Below, in pieces: positions 8,140 through 19,717 of a DNA stretch of 64,000 bases. Made by a program: the position numbers and the translations under genes. The notes beneath the pieces were generated by a model that saw only the letters and a program-made list of their open reading frames with translations, was not told where the DNA came from and searched no databases. Positions within the stretch are counted from its first letter, which is position 1, and each line of letters opens with the position of its first letter. Origin of the DNA: an uncultured Bacteroides sp. (GTDB lineage Bacteria; Bacteroidota; Bacteroidia; Bacteroidales; GCA-2748055); the NCBI GenBank assembly GCA_964453785.1, contig CAYVRK010000014.1, positions 8,868 through 72,867 of the forward strand, given 5' to 3'.

Positions 8140-10815
8140 ATGCGTCAAAGAATCAGAATTATAGTGGAATATGTCGTGGCCTTTGTGGTGATCATCCTGC
8201 TGATGCTTTCCATTGCCGGTGTGGTGGTGGTTAAGTTTCACGGAGATGATTTGAAGGCGTTTGTGTTGGAGCAGGTCAATGACCGGCTCGACTCAAAAAT
8301 GGATGTGGAGGAGATATCTGTCAAAGTATTCCACAAGTTCCCCAACACCTCCATCGTGCTGAGAAATATTACAGTCTGGTCAAGTCACAACTTCAATATT
8401 CATGATTTCAGTGAAAGTGGTGCAGATACCCTGATGACGGCAGAAATGGTTGGTGTGAGTTTCAACCTCCTGGGAATGATCCGTAAGGATTTTGACATCC
8501 GCCAGATTGAAGTCAGGAACGGATCCCTGCGATTACGCATCGATTCAAAGGGTGAGGAAAACTACCGGCTTAGCAAGGGTGCAAAAAAGAAAGAAGGCCA
8601 GGATCGTCTTATCGAAATCTCACAAATCAGAATTCATGGTTTCAGGATATCCCTGGATAACTTGTCTAAACAGCTAAAAGTAGCGGGTAATCTGGACAAC
8701 CTTGAAGTGAACGGTAAATTCTCCAAAAGAAACACCCAGATCAAAGGATCGTTGAATGGATCCCTTGAGGAAATCTCAAACAAAGGAATCCTGTACGCTT
8801 CAGGACACAAGGTGGGGGCAAGACTGAACATGGATGTCCGGGATTCTGTCTTTACACTGAAATCGGGCCAGGTGCAGATGGACAGGATCGTGGCAGATCT
8901 GGATGGCCGGTTCCATATCTACCCGGGAAAAGGTGTCGAGCTAAATCTGATCGCTGCGGCAAGGGACCTGGAAATCCACGAAGTCCTTGACTTGCTGCCT
9001 TCCGAGTTGAGCCAACCTTTGAAGGAAATCAGGGGGAACGGGATTTTGCAGTTGTACACAAGGATTACAGGCAGGGCCAGCTCCACGTTAACACCCTCCA
9101 TCGAAGCTGATTTTCAAACCGCCAATGCCAATCTTTTCTGGGAACGGGTTCCCTTTTCCCTGAAAAACCTGAACCTGACAGGGTCTTATTCCAATGGTGG
9201 AGAATTTAACCCGGTTACCACCAAACTGAACATTGAATCAATCAGCGCAGTGATTGGCCAGGACCATTTGTCGGGCAAAGGTGAAATTCACAACTTCCTC
9301 GAACCCGATTTCTCCTTTGAACTCAAAGGGGATATCCATCCTGAGCAATGGCTGTCCTGGTATGATTCAATTCCCCTGGACCAGGCTACAGGTACTGTGA
9401 TCACTGATATCAAAGCAAGCGGTTCGTATGACCGGTTGAGGCCCCTGGGTGAAAAGTTTATCGCACTTGATATTTCAGGTGGTATGGCATTGGAGGATGT
9501 GATGGTCAGGATCAACAGCGAAGGGATCCCTTTCAGGGCGCTGAACGGGTCGGTACATATAGACAACGATTTCTGGGAACCCTCCTTTTCGGGAACCTTC
9601 GGGAAAAGTGATTTTACCTTGACCGGTACCGGGCTACACCTGCTCTCATTCCTGCTGGATGGAAAAGACCCTCTGGTGGCTTCGGCCACATTCCGATCCG
9701 ATTATGTGGACCTCCGGGAAATACTGGATCAACTGCCCCACCAAAGTACCGGGGGTAAGACTTCCGTTGTATTTCCTGAAAACCTCAACCTGAGGCTTGC
9801 GTTTATCATCAATGATTTTGTGAAAGACCAGCTGGTGGCAAAAAATGTGCGTGGAATAGCCCGTTACGATTCTCCCGTCTTTTATGTGGACTCCCTGACC
9901 ATGCAGACCATGGATGGGACCCTGCGCGGCTCCTTTGGTATGGCACAGGACGCCGAAGGAACCATCTTTTCCAGTGTGAATGCCAGTCTTTATCAGCTGA
10001 ATATCAGCGAGTTGTTTGAAGCCTTCAATAATTTTGGACAGAAGCAGGTAACCCACAAACACCTGAAGGGTTCCATTTCAGGCACATCCATTTTTTCAGC
10101 AGAATTTGATCCTTCTTTCACCATTCGCCCCGCTTCAATTCTCAGTGAAAATGATATCATCATCCAGAAGGGTGAACTCATCGGTTTTAAACCCATTATG
10201 GCCCTCTCCCGGTTTATTGAGGTGGAGGAGCTCCAGGACATCAGGTTTGAAACACTGGAAAACAACATATTGATCAAGGATAGCCAGGTGATCATCCCGG
10301 TGATGGATATCCAGTCCAATGCACTTGACCTTTCTGCATCAGGCACCCACAGTTTTAACAATACCTATGAATACCACCTGAGGCTGAAGCTTTCGGATAT
10401 TCTTTATAAAAAAGCCAGAAGAGCGTCCCGGTACAATGAATTTGAAATAGCAGAGGATGAATCTGATACAAGAGTGCTATTCCTGAAAGTCTATGACAAG
10501 GGGTCAGGAGCCAATGTGGAGCTCGACAGGGAAAAGGCAGCCATGAAAATCAGGAATGACCTGAAAAACGAGAAATCCGATTTGAAAAGGATACTGAATG
10601 AAGAACTTGGATTGTTCAAACATGATGATGAGGTCCATACCCGGAACATTCAGGTCGAGGAACAGCATGAGTTCTACAGGTTTGACTTCTCTGAAGAAAA
10701 CGATACCTTAAAAACCCAGGTTATAAATAAGAAAAAAGAGAGGCAAAGGAAGAAACGGGTAAAATCTGATACCCTTCAGAATAAACCTGCTGCCGGCTTC
10801 GTTATTGATGAGTAA
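8140..10815 (+). CDS. AsmA-like (bridge-type lipid transfer family) protein
   Basis: N-terminal TM anchor, long beta-rich body, C-terminal I.FETLEN.I.IKD..V.IP.MDIQSNA...SGTH.F AsmA_2-like region. Confidence 0.8.
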   Translation: MRQRIRIIVEYVVAFVVIILLMLSIAGVVVVKFHGDDLKAFVLEQVNDRLDSKMDVEEISVKVFHKFPNTSIVLRNITVWSSHNFNIHDFSESGADTLMTAEMVGVSFNLLGMIRKDFDIRQIEVRNGSLRLRIDSKGEENYRLSKGAKKKEGQDRLIEISQIRIHGFRISLDNLSKQLKVAGNLDNLEVNGKFSKRNTQIKGSLNGSLEEISNKGILYASGHKVGARLNMDVRDSVFTLKSGQVQMDRIVADLDGRFHIYPGKGVELNLIAAARDLEIHEVLDLLPSELSQPLKEIRGNGILQLYTRITGRASSTLTPSIEADFQTANANLFWERVPFSLKNLNLTGSYSNGGEFNPVTTKLNIESISAVIGQDHLSGKGEIHNFLEPDFSFELKGDIHPEQWLSWYDSIPLDQATGTVITDIKASGSYDRLRPLGEKFIALDISGGMALEDVMVRINSEGIPFRALNGSVHIDNDFWEPSFSGTFGKSDFTLTGTGLHLLSFLLDGKDPLVASATFRSDYVDLREILDQLPHQSTGGKTSVVFPENLNLRLAFIINDFVKDQLVAKNVRGIARYDSPVFYVDSLTMQTMDGTLRGSFGMAQDAEGTIFSSVNASLYQLNISELFEAFNNFGQKQVTHKHLKGSISGTSIFSAEFDPSFTIRPASILSENDIIIQKGELIGFKPIMALSRFIEVEELQDIRFETLENNILIKDSQVIIPVMDIQSNALDLSASGTHSFNNTYEYHLRLKLSDILYKKARRASRYNEFEIAEDESDTRVLFLKVYDKGSGANVELDREKAAMKIRNDLKNEKSDLKRILNEELGLFKHDDEVHTRNIQVEEQHEFYRFDFSEENDTLKTQVINKKKERQRKKRVKSDTLQNKPAAGFVIDE

Positions 10816-10831
10816 ACCTTAACCGGATCAA

Positions 10832-11977
10832 TTGGATATCTACAGGAAAAAACAGCGCTGGAAACAGATCCTATTTATAACGGCCATCCTCATTGGTGTA
10901 GGATCTCTGTGGTATACCAACAAACTGGTTAAGCAGATCGAGATAACTGAAAGGCAGAAAATGGAGTTGTGGGCAGAAGCCGTCCGGATCATGAATCTGG
11001 CTGATTTCGACACCGATCTGGCCTTCCCTTTTTCAGTCATTGAAAACAACACCCATATCCCGGTGATCCTGACCGATTCAAACGGCAGGATCCTGAACCA
11101 TAAAAATCTTGACTCCACCAAGGTGAAGGACCAATCATACCTGCAACGGCAACTGGATCATGCCAGGCTTGAGAATGATTCCCTGGTGATCAACCTGGGG
11201 CCTGATGAACAACAATACCTGCATTACAGGGATTCCATTCTGATTCGAAAACTAATCCTTTTCCCCTATGTACAACTGGGAGTGATTATCCTGTTTATAC
11301 TGGTTTCCTATATTGCCTTCAGCATATCAAGGAAGGCTGAACAGAATGAGGTGTGGACTGGTATGTCCAAAGAGACAGCCCACCAGCTGGGTACCCCCAT
11401 CTCTTCACTGATGGGCTGGATGGAGATCCTTAAACAGTCGGAACTGGATGAAAGTACAGTGAGTGAAATGCAGAAAGATGCCTCCCGGCTGGAAAAGATC
11501 ACCGATCGTTTCTCAAAAATCGGGTCCAAACCCACCCTGAATAAAACCAACCTGAGTGAAATCCTTACCGGAAGTCTGGACTATATAAAGACCCGGGGAT
11601 CCAAGAACATTGAGTATCTCCTGGATATTCCTGAAAAGCCGATCATGGCCGTACTGAACGATACGCTGTTCGAATGGGTCATCGAGAATCTGTGTAAAAA
11701 TGCCACCGATGCCGTTCAAAATGGAGGACGGATCATTCTGCATGCGGTGGAGACCGATAACAATGTGATCATTGATGTGGAAGATTCTGGTAAGGGAATT
11801 GCCAAGTCAAAGTTCAAAACAATTTTCAAACCAGGATACACCACAAAAAGGCGCGGATGGGGACTTGGGCTTTCTCTTTCAAAGAGAATTATAGAGAGTT
11901 ATCACCATGGAAAAATCTTCGTTCTCTCATCAGATCCCGGAGATTCCACCATCGTCCGGATCATCCTTAAAAAATAG
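10832..11977 (+). CDS. Two-TM sensor histidine kinase, no adjacent response regulator
   Basis: H-box KETAHQLGTPISSL, N-box ENLCKNA, DSGKGI, GYTTK, GWGLGLSL; TTG start. Confidence 0.9.
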   Translation: MDIYRKKQRWKQILFITAILIGVGSLWYTNKLVKQIEITERQKMELWAEAVRIMNLADFDTDLAFPFSVIENNTHIPVILTDSNGRILNHKNLDSTKVKDQSYLQRQLDHARLENDSLVINLGPDEQQYLHYRDSILIRKLILFPYVQLGVIILFILVSYIAFSISRKAEQNEVWTGMSKETAHQLGTPISSLMGWMEILKQSELDESTVSEMQKDASRLEKITDRFSKIGSKPTLNKTNLSEILTGSLDYIKTRGSKNIEYLLDIPEKPIMAVLNDTLFEWVIENLCKNATDAVQNGGRIILHAVETDNNVIIDVEDSGKGIAKSKFKTIFKPGYTTKRRGWGLGLSLSKRIIESYHHGKIFVLSSDPGDSTIVRIILKK

Positions 11978-11997
11978 GAGGGACACATCTGTACAGG

Positions 11998-13242
11998 TCA
12001 TTTTCTGGGCACCAGTTTGTAGACTTTGTCAGACCGTCGCACCACCTGCTCCACGGGAAAGGAGCATATTTCACCTTTGCTTGCGGTATCAACATTCAAT
12101 TCGTTAACTCTTAACTCTTTGATAGTCGTTTCAATGACCCCGGTGGTGGGTCCGGTAATCAGTATTTCATCCCCCGTTTTCAGACTTCCTGACTCCAGGG
12201 TCACCTCGGCCACCCCAATCTTGTCAAAATAATTGGTTCCTTTGCCCACATACACTTTTCTGACTGTGGCCTTCGAACCATATGTCTCACTCCACTCACC
12301 CAGCCGCTGGCCCAAATAATAACCATTCCAGAATCCCCGGTTGAATACGGTGGCCAGTCTGGCATCCCACTCCTCAATTTTATCTTTTGTGAATGTTCCC
12401 TCCACACAGGCATGAATGGCTTCGTTGTAACAGGAACTTACAGTTTTTACATATTCGGCGGGTCTTGCCCTGCCCTCAATCTTCAGGACGCTCACCCCGG
12501 CATCCAGTACCTTGTTCAGAAAATGAATGGTCTTCAGGTCCCTGGGGGACATGATGAATTCATTTTCAATGTCCAGTTCCACCTCCCGCTCCTTATCGGT
12601 AACCGTATATCCCCTGCGGCATACCTGGAAACAATCGCCCCTGTTGGCAGAATGGTTGTGCTCATGCAGACTCAGATAGCACTTCCCGGAAGTGGCCATG
12701 CACAGAGCCCCGTGTACAAACATCTCAATGCGAAAAAGCTCACCAGACGGACCTCTCACATCCTCCAGAGCGATTCCTTCAGCAATGTCCTTTACCTGGT
12801 CCAGATCCAGTTCCCGGGCAAGTACAGCCACATCAGCAAAATTGGAATAGAATTTCAGGCTTTCTATGTTGCTGATATTCAGTTGGGTAGAAAGATGAAC
12901 CCGGGCTCCCACAAGATGGCAGTACTGCAGCACAGACTGGTCTGAAGCAATGATGGCGCTTATCCCGCTGTCTACAGCCAGATCAATGATTCTTCTCATC
13001 TGCAACAGCTCATGGTTAAAGACCACCGTATTCACGGTCAGATAGGCTTTCAACCCATGAGCCCGGGATTCTGAGACTATCTTTGAAAGATCAGCAGCAG
13101 TAAAATTTGCCGAGGAGCGGGCACGCATATTCAGCTGTTCAATTCCAAAATAGATCGCATCTGCTCCGCCCTGCCAGGCCGCCGCAAGAGATTCATAGCT
13201 TCCGGCAGGTGCCAGCAATTCAAAATCATCTCTTCTCTTCAT
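11998..13242 (-). CDS. Peptidase U32 family Fe-S protein (TrhP-like tRNA U34 hydroxylase candidate)
   Basis: ELLAPAGS, GADAIYFG, FVHGALC....GKCYLS, NRGDCFQVCR (four Cys), LKIEGRAR, C-terminal beta domain. Confidence 0.85.
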   Translation of the reverse strand: MKRRDDFELLAPAGSYESLAAAWQGGADAIYFGIEQLNMRARSSANFTAADLSKIVSESRAHGLKAYLTVNTVVFNHELLQMRRIIDLAVDSGISAIIASDQSVLQYCHLVGARVHLSTQLNISNIESLKFYSNFADVAVLARELDLDQVKDIAEGIALEDVRGPSGELFRIEMFVHGALCMATSGKCYLSLHEHNHSANRGDCFQVCRRGYTVTDKEREVELDIENEFIMSPRDLKTIHFLNKVLDAGVSVLKIEGRARPAEYVKTVSSCYNEAIHACVEGTFTKDKIEEWDARLATVFNRGFWNGYYLGQRLGEWSETYGSKATVRKVYVGKGTNYFDKIGVAEVTLESGSLKTGDEILITGPTTGVIETTIKELRVNELNVDTASKGEICSFPVEQVVRRSDKVYKLVPRK

Positions 13243-14257
13243 GGATATATTTTAGAAGGTTCGCTGCATTGTAAGCAGGATCTATCCGGTCGGAAGGAAT
13301 AATCTCATGTACTTCATGATTCTTCTGAAGGGAAAACAGGTAGGTCTTGTCATAATACTGAAGAGTGATCATGGCTGTGCTGAAAAAGTCATCCCTGTCC
13401 ACCGCATCTTCAGCCTCTTTTGCCCGGTCTCCTCCCAGTCTTTTTGAGATCTTCCGGATACACATTTTCAATTCATCCTTTTTATATCCGGCATAATGCT
13501 TTACAAGATGAGAAGCCCTCATCTCTCTCGAAATATCCAGAAAAAGGATCCTGCTCACCTTCATCTTGGTGTATATCTCTCCGGGAATAACACATCTTCC
13601 CACATTTCTGCTCTCATCTTCTATCCATGTAATCCTGTTGCGGTCAAGTTCCGTAAGCTTCTGATAAAGATTGTTCTCGAATTGTTCAGTAGAGGGCTGT
13701 GGAAATTCACCCAGGGCACCAAAAGCCGAACCCTTATGGTGGGCAAGTCCTTCCAGGTCAATTACCTGCTCACCCGCTTTCTCCAGGTGACTGAGGATAT
13801 CCGTTTTGCCGCTTCCGGTCCGGCCACCCAGCACGAGGAGTTTCAAAGGTTTTTCAAATTCACTGTGCACCTGGCTCCTGTAGCTCTTGTATCCCCCCTC
13901 CAGAAGATAACAGGTAATTCCCATGGTTTCGAAAAGCCAAACCATGCTTTTGCTTCGCATACCGCCCCTCCAGCAATGTACCAGCAGGGTTTTTCCTTTC
14001 CCGGCCTTTCTTTCGCCTTCCTTGGCCAGCTGCACCAGCTTTTTGCCTGCAAAATCAAGACCAAGGTACATGGCCGCTTCTTTGTTGACTTGTTTGTATG
14101 TTGTCCCCACCTCCGCTCTTTCCTGGTCATCAAAAAGAGCAATGTTCAACGCTCCGGGAATATGTCCCTGGGCAAACTCAGAAGGGGAGCGCACATCAAT
14201 GACAGGGTAGGAGGCTGAAAGGGTAAGAAAATGCTCTATTTGAATGGAGTCAGCCAT
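13226..14257 (-). CDS. mnmH: tRNA 2-selenouridine(34) synthase
   Basis: Rhodanese IDVRSPSEF..GHIPGA, HCWRGGMRS, P-loop GGRTGSGKT, DLEGLAHHKGSAFG, WIEDESRNVG. Confidence 0.92.
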   Translation of the reverse strand: MADSIQIEHFLTLSASYPVIDVRSPSEFAQGHIPGALNIALFDDQERAEVGTTYKQVNKEAAMYLGLDFAGKKLVQLAKEGERKAGKGKTLLVHCWRGGMRSKSMVWLFETMGITCYLLEGGYKSYRSQVHSEFEKPLKLLVLGGRTGSGKTDILSHLEKAGEQVIDLEGLAHHKGSAFGALGEFPQPSTEQFENNLYQKLTELDRNRITWIEDESRNVGRCVIPGEIYTKMKVSRILFLDISREMRASHLVKHYAGYKKDELKMCIRKISKRLGGDRAKEAEDAVDRDDFFSTAMITLQYYDKTYLFSLQKNHEVHEIIPSDRIDPAYNAANLLKYIHEEKR

Positions 14258-14275
14258 ACCCAATGGTCCGGTGAA

Positions 14276-15043
14276 TCACCTTTCAAGGAAATTGCCAAGA
14301 ATCGAACTACCCTCTTTGCGAATGTTCTTTCCGTATGGGGAGATGGCCTGGATCAGTTTCCGGATAGGCATGGACTGAAGCCAAATCGTCCCTGTTCCCC
14401 GAAGGGTTGCCAGAAATATACCCTCCCCGCCGAAAACCATAGACCGCAGGCTTCCAGATGTTTCAATATTAAAATCAATGCCGGGGGTATAGCCCACTAT
14501 GCAACCGGTATCGATCTTCAGTGTCTCGTTATTCAATCTGCGTTCAATAACGGTTCCCCCCGCATGCATGAAGGCTTTTCCGCTACCTTCAAGCTTCTGC
14601 AGGATGAACCCTTCACCTCCCACAAGTCCGGCCCCTATTCTCCTGTTCAGGGTAATGCTGATGCGGGTACCCTTGGCAGCACAGAGGAATCCGTCTTTCT
14701 GTACAATGATGGACCCTCCCAGGTGGTCCAGCTCCAAAGGAACGATTTTGCCTGGATAAGGAGCGGCAAAAGCCACCCGCTGTTTCCCTCCCTCCATATT
14801 GGTAAAGTGGGTCACGAACAGGGATTCTCCGGTCAGTAACCTGCTGCCTGCCGACAACAGTTTGCTCATCATCCCCTGGTTGGGGTCCGACCCATCTCCC
14901 ATTTTTGTTTCAAATCGGATCCCACTGTCCATATACATCATGGTCCCCGCCTCAGCGATAACCGTTTCCATAGGATCGAGCTCTATCTCTACCAGTTGGA
15001 TATCATCCCCGATAATCCTGTAATCCAAATCGTGCGTATGCAT
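14276..15043 (-). CDS. TIGR00266/AIM24 family protein
   Basis: [64 protein letters not shown]. Confidence 0.9.
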   Translation of the reverse strand: MHTHDLDYRIIGDDIQLVEIELDPMETVIAEAGTMMYMDSGIRFETKMGDGSDPNQGMMSKLLSAGSRLLTGESLFVTHFTNMEGGKQRVAFAAPYPGKIVPLELDHLGGSIIVQKDGFLCAAKGTRISITLNRRIGAGLVGGEGFILQKLEGSGKAFMHAGGTVIERRLNNETLKIDTGCIVGYTPGIDFNIETSGSLRSMVFGGEGIFLATLRGTGTIWLQSMPIRKLIQAISPYGKNIRKEGSSILGNFLER

Positions 15044-15047
15044 GGTG

Positions 15048-17912
15048 CTAAATGGTGGTTGAAAATAATTTGATTAGTAGTTGCTTAATATTCTCTACCC
15101 GGGCAGGTTTCATTACATATTCATTCATGCCTGCATCAAAGGCAGCCTTTCTGGTGATATCATCCTCATCGGCCGACATGGCTATGACGGGCAGGGTATA
15201 ACCCTTCTGGCGGATCTGCTGTGTAGCCTGGTAACCATCCAACTCGGGCATCAGGATATCCATAAAAACCACATCGTACTTTCCTTCATCAATCATTTTC
15301 ACGGCTTCACTGCCGTTCTTGGCTATATCAATCTCGTATCCGATGTTTTTAAAGATGGATTGGGCTACTTTTTGATTGATCAGGTTATCCTCCGCCAGGA
15401 GAATAGACAGCTGCTCCGGCAGTGCATTGAGCATGGGCTCAAGACTTTTCCGGTCTTCAATACCCGGGAAGTGGTCTGACAGAATATCGAACACCTCCTT
15501 GGTCTCAAAGGGCTCGATCAAATAGTTGTCAATACCCAGTTTGCGACAGGTTTTGTAATTTCCTGATTTATCATTGGAGCTGACCAGCACTATGGGATAT
15601 TGGTCTGTAAGTGCCTTGTTCTGCATCTCCTGTGCCAGTGCAAATCCATCCAGCTGATTCTTGTCCATCAGCACCACCAGCTTATAATTGTCCTTTTTGA
15701 CCTGGATGTGATGAATGACACTGTCCAAAGAGCTGTCCTGGTAAATCTTGGTAACCACATTCAGCCCGAATTTCTCCAGCATCCTGGCCATGGTATTTTT
15801 GGATGGATCTGATTCCTTTGTAAGGATAAGGGCGCTGATATCACTTAACCTTGTAATCTGCCCGTAATTAAATCTCTTTGATATTTTTTCGTTGGAATAA
15901 GCCTCAATGGTAAAACTGAATTTTGAACCAGGGAATTCCTCGTCCGAATGGATTGAGGAAGGACTTTCAACCCATATCTCTCCATGCATCAGTTCAACCA
16001 GCTGCTTGGCAATGGCGGTTCCCAATCCTGTCCCCCCAAATTTTCGGGTAACTGACCCTCTGGCCTGGGTGTAACTTCCAAAGATCTCCTTGAGCCGGTC
16101 CTCAGGAATCCCAATGCCTGTATCTTCTACGGTAAACAAAATATTCACCTGGCTTCTGAAGGACTCCATCAGGGTCGCTCCAATAACGATCTTGCCCTTT
16201 TCGGTAAATTTCACAGCGTTGCTAACCAGGTTTGAAATGACCTGTCGCAGGCGGAAAGGGTCTCCGATCAGCTTATTGGGGACATCCGGTTTCAGGTCGA
16301 TCTCAATCTGAAGGCCCTTTTCCTCAGCCAGGGAGCGGAATAGTTCACCAACCAGGTCCAGTTCATCTGAGAGAATAAACGGTATTTCTTCAAGCATCAT
16401 CCGCCCTGCTTCAATTTTTGAGAAATCAAGGATATCATTGATGATATTCATCAGAAGATCAGATGACCGTTTGATAATTAGGATCTTCTCCTTCAGATCG
16501 CCGTTTGTTTTCTGCTCAAGAAGGTTGTTGACCATTCCAAGAATTCCGTTCATGGGTGTACGGATTTCGTGGCTCATGGCTGCAAGAAAATCCGATTTTG
16601 CTTTGTTGGCAGCCACCTCTCCTTTTCTTGACTTTTCCAATGGCGATACATCGATAAGTGCGATAAGCCTAAGCTCTTCTCCTCCGATATTTGTCACCTT
16701 TTCGGTCCGGAATATGACTGTCTCTATTCCGTCTTTTTCATAGTACAGGTAGTGTGAATCATCAAGGAACGGACTTGGGCTATCGCTCAGCAGGTATTTG
16801 TTGGAGATCAGGAACTGCTTGCTAAAATCTTTCCCCACAAGGTTATCCGATTTTCCCAGAAAGAGCATTTTTTGCGCGGCACTATTGATGTTGCGGATGA
16901 TATTCATCTCGTCGATGATCATGATCCCCACAGGATAGTGCTCGATGATCTGTCTGAATACAATTTCAGAGAGCTTCAATCGCTTTTCCCTCTTTCTCGC
17001 CCTGCCCATTCCTATGAGCAGGTAAACCACCAGCGCCGTTGCAAGAATCTGTGACAAGATGGCCACCAGTATGTTCCTGTTTAGAAAGAATCCGAAAAAA
17101 ATCTGCTTGCTGGCAGAAAACATGATCCCCATCTTTTTGGAATAAATACTAAGGGGATAGTAGGCTGTATAAATTTTTTCATTCGACCTTGCTTCACTGC
17201 TGAATTCATGTTCCAGTATTCCCGCCGCTTCAGCAGCCACACTGTCTACCAGCTCATTTAATGATCCGATACGAACGGAATCAAACTCGAAGTTATCCAG
17301 TATAATATTACCTTCCGCATCAAGCATCCATTGCCAATTCACTGTATTCCCAACCGGATAAAGATTGAATATTTCCTTGGCAAACCTTTCTATATCCACC
17401 TCCACCATCACGTTCCCGTTGACCACATCCTGTCCGAAATAGGGATAATAGTACTTCAGCACGCTGCCCTCCTGCTCTACCCTGTCACGCGAAAAGAGCC
17501 TCGGCTGGGCCTTCCTGGGAAAGCTGTCGACCACGAACCTGTCAGTCTTCCCGAATTTATCTTCGGTATCAAGATAGAGTGCATAGAAATTCTTCTTGTT
17601 GTCATAAACCGAAATGTTGGTGATCAGTCCCCTGTACTTGGTATAGAACAACCTGAGGCTCTGTGTTGCTTCCCTGAATTTTACGGGGTCACCAAAAATT
17701 TCAGAGTATTTGTACATGTTCAGCTCATGGTTGATGTCACTTGAGAACTGGAGGAGGGTGGTTTCCATGTACTCTCCGCAGAGTTGGGATTGTTTGAGCA
17801 GCGTACTGTTCAGGAAATCCACATACCTGTTGTTGAGGCTGAAAATGGTAATTCCATTCAACGCAAAAATAATGAAAAGGATAAATCCCGATATAATATT
17901 GCTTCTGATCAT
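15048..17912 (-). CDS. Hybrid sensor histidine kinase (periplasmic sensor, PAS-like, HisKA, HATPase, pseudo-receiver, receiver)
   Basis: [51 protein letters not shown]; last receiver canonical (AEDN, FMDILMP, KP); the first lacks the acidic pocket and KP. Confidence 0.92.
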   Translation of the reverse strand: MIRSNIISGFILFIIFALNGITIFSLNNRYVDFLNSTLLKQSQLCGEYMETTLLQFSSDINHELNMYKYSEIFGDPVKFREATQSLRLFYTKYRGLITNISVYDNKKNFYALYLDTEDKFGKTDRFVVDSFPRKAQPRLFSRDRVEQEGSVLKYYYPYFGQDVVNGNVMVEVDIERFAKEIFNLYPVGNTVNWQWMLDAEGNIILDNFEFDSVRIGSLNELVDSVAAEAAGILEHEFSSEARSNEKIYTAYYPLSIYSKKMGIMFSASKQIFFGFFLNRNILVAILSQILATALVVYLLIGMGRARKREKRLKLSEIVFRQIIEHYPVGIMIIDEMNIIRNINSAAQKMLFLGKSDNLVGKDFSKQFLISNKYLLSDSPSPFLDDSHYLYYEKDGIETVIFRTEKVTNIGGEELRLIALIDVSPLEKSRKGEVAANKAKSDFLAAMSHEIRTPMNGILGMVNNLLEQKTNGDLKEKILIIKRSSDLLMNIINDILDFSKIEAGRMMLEEIPFILSDELDLVGELFRSLAEEKGLQIEIDLKPDVPNKLIGDPFRLRQVISNLVSNAVKFTEKGKIVIGATLMESFRSQVNILFTVEDTGIGIPEDRLKEIFGSYTQARGSVTRKFGGTGLGTAIAKQLVELMHGEIWVESPSSIHSDEEFPGSKFSFTIEAYSNEKISKRFNYGQITRLSDISALILTKESDPSKNTMARMLEKFGLNVVTKIYQDSSLDSVIHHIQVKKDNYKLVVLMDKNQLDGFALAQEMQNKALTDQYPIVLVSSNDKSGNYKTCRKLGIDNYLIEPFETKEVFDILSDHFPGIEDRKSLEPMLNALPEQLSILLAEDNLINQKVAQSIFKNIGYEIDIAKNGSEAVKMIDEGKYDVVFMDILMPELDGYQATQQIRQKGYTLPVIAMSADEDDITRKAAFDAGMNEYVMKPARVENIKQLLIKLFSTTI

Positions 17913-17971
17913 CAGCAGCCTGTGAGTAAGTCTATAAACTTAAAAACTATTTTCCACTTGACTGAATAAAG

Positions 17972-18898
17972 TTATCGATATTTTCCATTGTCCTCCTCCA
18001 TCATCATCAGGTAGTTTAAATATCTGAATTCGCTGATGTTCCCCTCCTCAACCTCCTTTTTTACGCTGCACCCTGGTTCGTTGAAATGCATGCAGTTATG
18101 GTACTTGCAATTCTTGCTGGCTTTAAATATCTCCGGGAAAAAATGAAATAATTCGGATTTATCAATATCTACGGTCCCAAATCCCCTGAGCCCGGGCGTA
18201 TCAATGATCCTGATCCCACATTCCAGATCAAACATTTCTGCGAATGTGGTGGTATGGATTCCCGTCTGATGAGATTCAGAGACCCCTCCGACCTTCAGCC
18301 TGAATCCGGGGTCCAGTACGTTGATCAATGTGGATTTTCCAACACCCGAATTGCCTGAGATCACATTGAGCTTACCTGTCATCTCTTCCCGCACCTCTTC
18401 CAATCCCGCCCTGGTCTGCAGTGACAGCTCCATGCACCGGTAACCCACTGCCGAATAGACCTCCCAAAGCTCTTTCATCTCAGCTTTTTCCGCTTCACCA
18501 TACAGGTCGGTTTTGTTGAAAAGGACAATCACTGGTATCCTGTAGGCCTCAGCCGAAACCAGAAAACGATCTATAAATGCAGTAAATGTGCGGGGCAGCA
18601 CCATGCTGATCATCAGCCATGCCAGGTCCACATTGGATGCCAGAAGCTGATATTCCCTGGAAAGATTCGAGGACCTGCGAATGATATAATTGGTACGTTC
18701 TTCAATGAAAGTGATGATTCCCTTGGTCCTGTCCCCATCATATTCAAACCTGACCCGGTCTCCTACTGCAACAGGATTGGTAGCCCGGATCCCCTTGATT
18801 CTGAATTTCCCCCTGATCCCACAGTTGATGATCTCTCCTTCAGCGTTTTTCACGGTAAACCAGCGGCCGGTGGATTTTATAACGGTTCCTTCTCCCAA
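17972..18898 (-). CDS. rsgA: Ribosome small-subunit-dependent GTPase A
   Basis: G.VIKSTG, NPVAVGD.V, NKTDL, GNSGVGKST, G.HTTT, DTPG, C..H.C.H..EP.C zinc finger. Confidence 0.96.
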   Translation of the reverse strand: MGEGTVIKSTGRWFTVKNAEGEIINCGIRGKFRIKGIRATNPVAVGDRVRFEYDGDRTKGIITFIEERTNYIIRRSSNLSREYQLLASNVDLAWLMISMVLPRTFTAFIDRFLVSAEAYRIPVIVLFNKTDLYGEAEKAEMKELWEVYSAVGYRCMELSLQTRAGLEEVREEMTGKLNVISGNSGVGKSTLINVLDPGFRLKVGGVSESHQTGIHTTTFAEMFDLECGIRIIDTPGLRGFGTVDIDKSELFHFFPEIFKASKNCKYHNCMHFNEPGCSVKKEVEEGNISEFRYLNYLMMMEEDNGKYR

Positions 18899-18915
18899 AG
18901 CGAATGTTTATAACT

Positions 18916-18923
18916 CAAAAGTA
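18916..18923 (-). promoter_or_regulatory. Sigma-A -7 element for rsgA
   Basis: TACTTTTG on the minus strand, 17 nt before the TTG start. Confidence 0.55.
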
Positions 18924-19016
18924 AGTAAAAAGCCTACAAATACGGGTTCTTACCCTCTTCGCTGCATCCAATGCTTCGCATTGCCTAACACATCCTCGGC
19001 TAATAACCCTTCGTAT

Positions 19017-19047
19017 AAAAGAAAAACCGCCCCCCGGGGGAGGCGGT
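19017..19047 (-). terminator. Intrinsic terminator of the ECF operon
   Basis: Minus strand ACCGCCTCCCCCGGGGGGCGGT hairpin followed by TTTTCTTTT. Confidence 0.75.
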
Positions 19048-19092
19048 ACCCTAAAACTAAATCCTGCGTGCAGGAGGAGATATAAAAACCTG

Positions 19093-19692
19093 TTAAAACC
19101 AGCCGAATTTAAAGGCAAGGAAGCCACCCGGGGCGGAGAAGTCCGAAGAAGAATAACCTGGAAGGTCTACAAAGGTGAAAAGGTTGTACGAAGCGCCGGC
19201 CCCCAGCCTGAAGAAACGGGTCAGGTTCAGTTCTACCTCAAGGGTAGGAGAAAGAGCGAATATATTGTCGGGCCATATGTTTTCCGAGTAATAATCACCT
19301 TTAATTCCAAGTTCTCCCCAACCTATAAGCGTGGAGATCGTTATGTGGATCGGGCGTTCCCCGAACAGGGAATAACCCAGCCAGAAACCTCCGTGGCTGA
19401 CACTTAAATAATCACCAACCCGGTAATTTTGATCTTTTCGAAGATCAACCTGAATCTGGTTGGTGAGTCCAACTCCGTAACCACCGAAAAAGAAATCTCC
19501 CACAAGAATGGCACCACCTCCACCCAACATGTGGGCAAACTCCCCGTCAACTGCAGTAAACTGCATGAACAGACCACCCATTCCAGAGATCCTTACATTA
19601 TCGAAATCAACCAGGGTTTGGTACTCCCTGTCCTGAGAATTTGCTGTAATGGCAACAGCCAGAATGATTCCTAACAGTGTAGCTTTTTTCAT
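19093..19692 (-). CDS. Small outer-membrane beta-barrel protein, unknown function
   Basis: Signal peptide MKKATLLGIILAVAITANS, Gly-rich amphipathic strands, terminal FKFGWF; ATG at 19692 preferred. Confidence 0.7.
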   Translation of the reverse strand: MKKATLLGIILAVAITANSQDREYQTLVDFDNVRISGMGGLFMQFTAVDGEFAHMLGGGGAILVGDFFFGGYGVGLTNQIQVDLRKDQNYRVGDYLSVSHGGFWLGYSLFGERPIHITISTLIGWGELGIKGDYYSENIWPDNIFALSPTLEVELNLTRFFRLGAGASYNLFTFVDLPGYSSSDFSAPGGFLAFKFGWF

Positions 19693-19717
19693 GATGTTCA
19701 AATTACAATTTAATGTA

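Noticed and set aside
18924-19016. Small palindromes (GCATCCAATGC, GGGTTCTTACCC) between the ECF terminator and the rsgA promoter
   Set aside because: Short, single-copy, with no associated promoter/terminator pair; insufficient for an sRNA or REP call.
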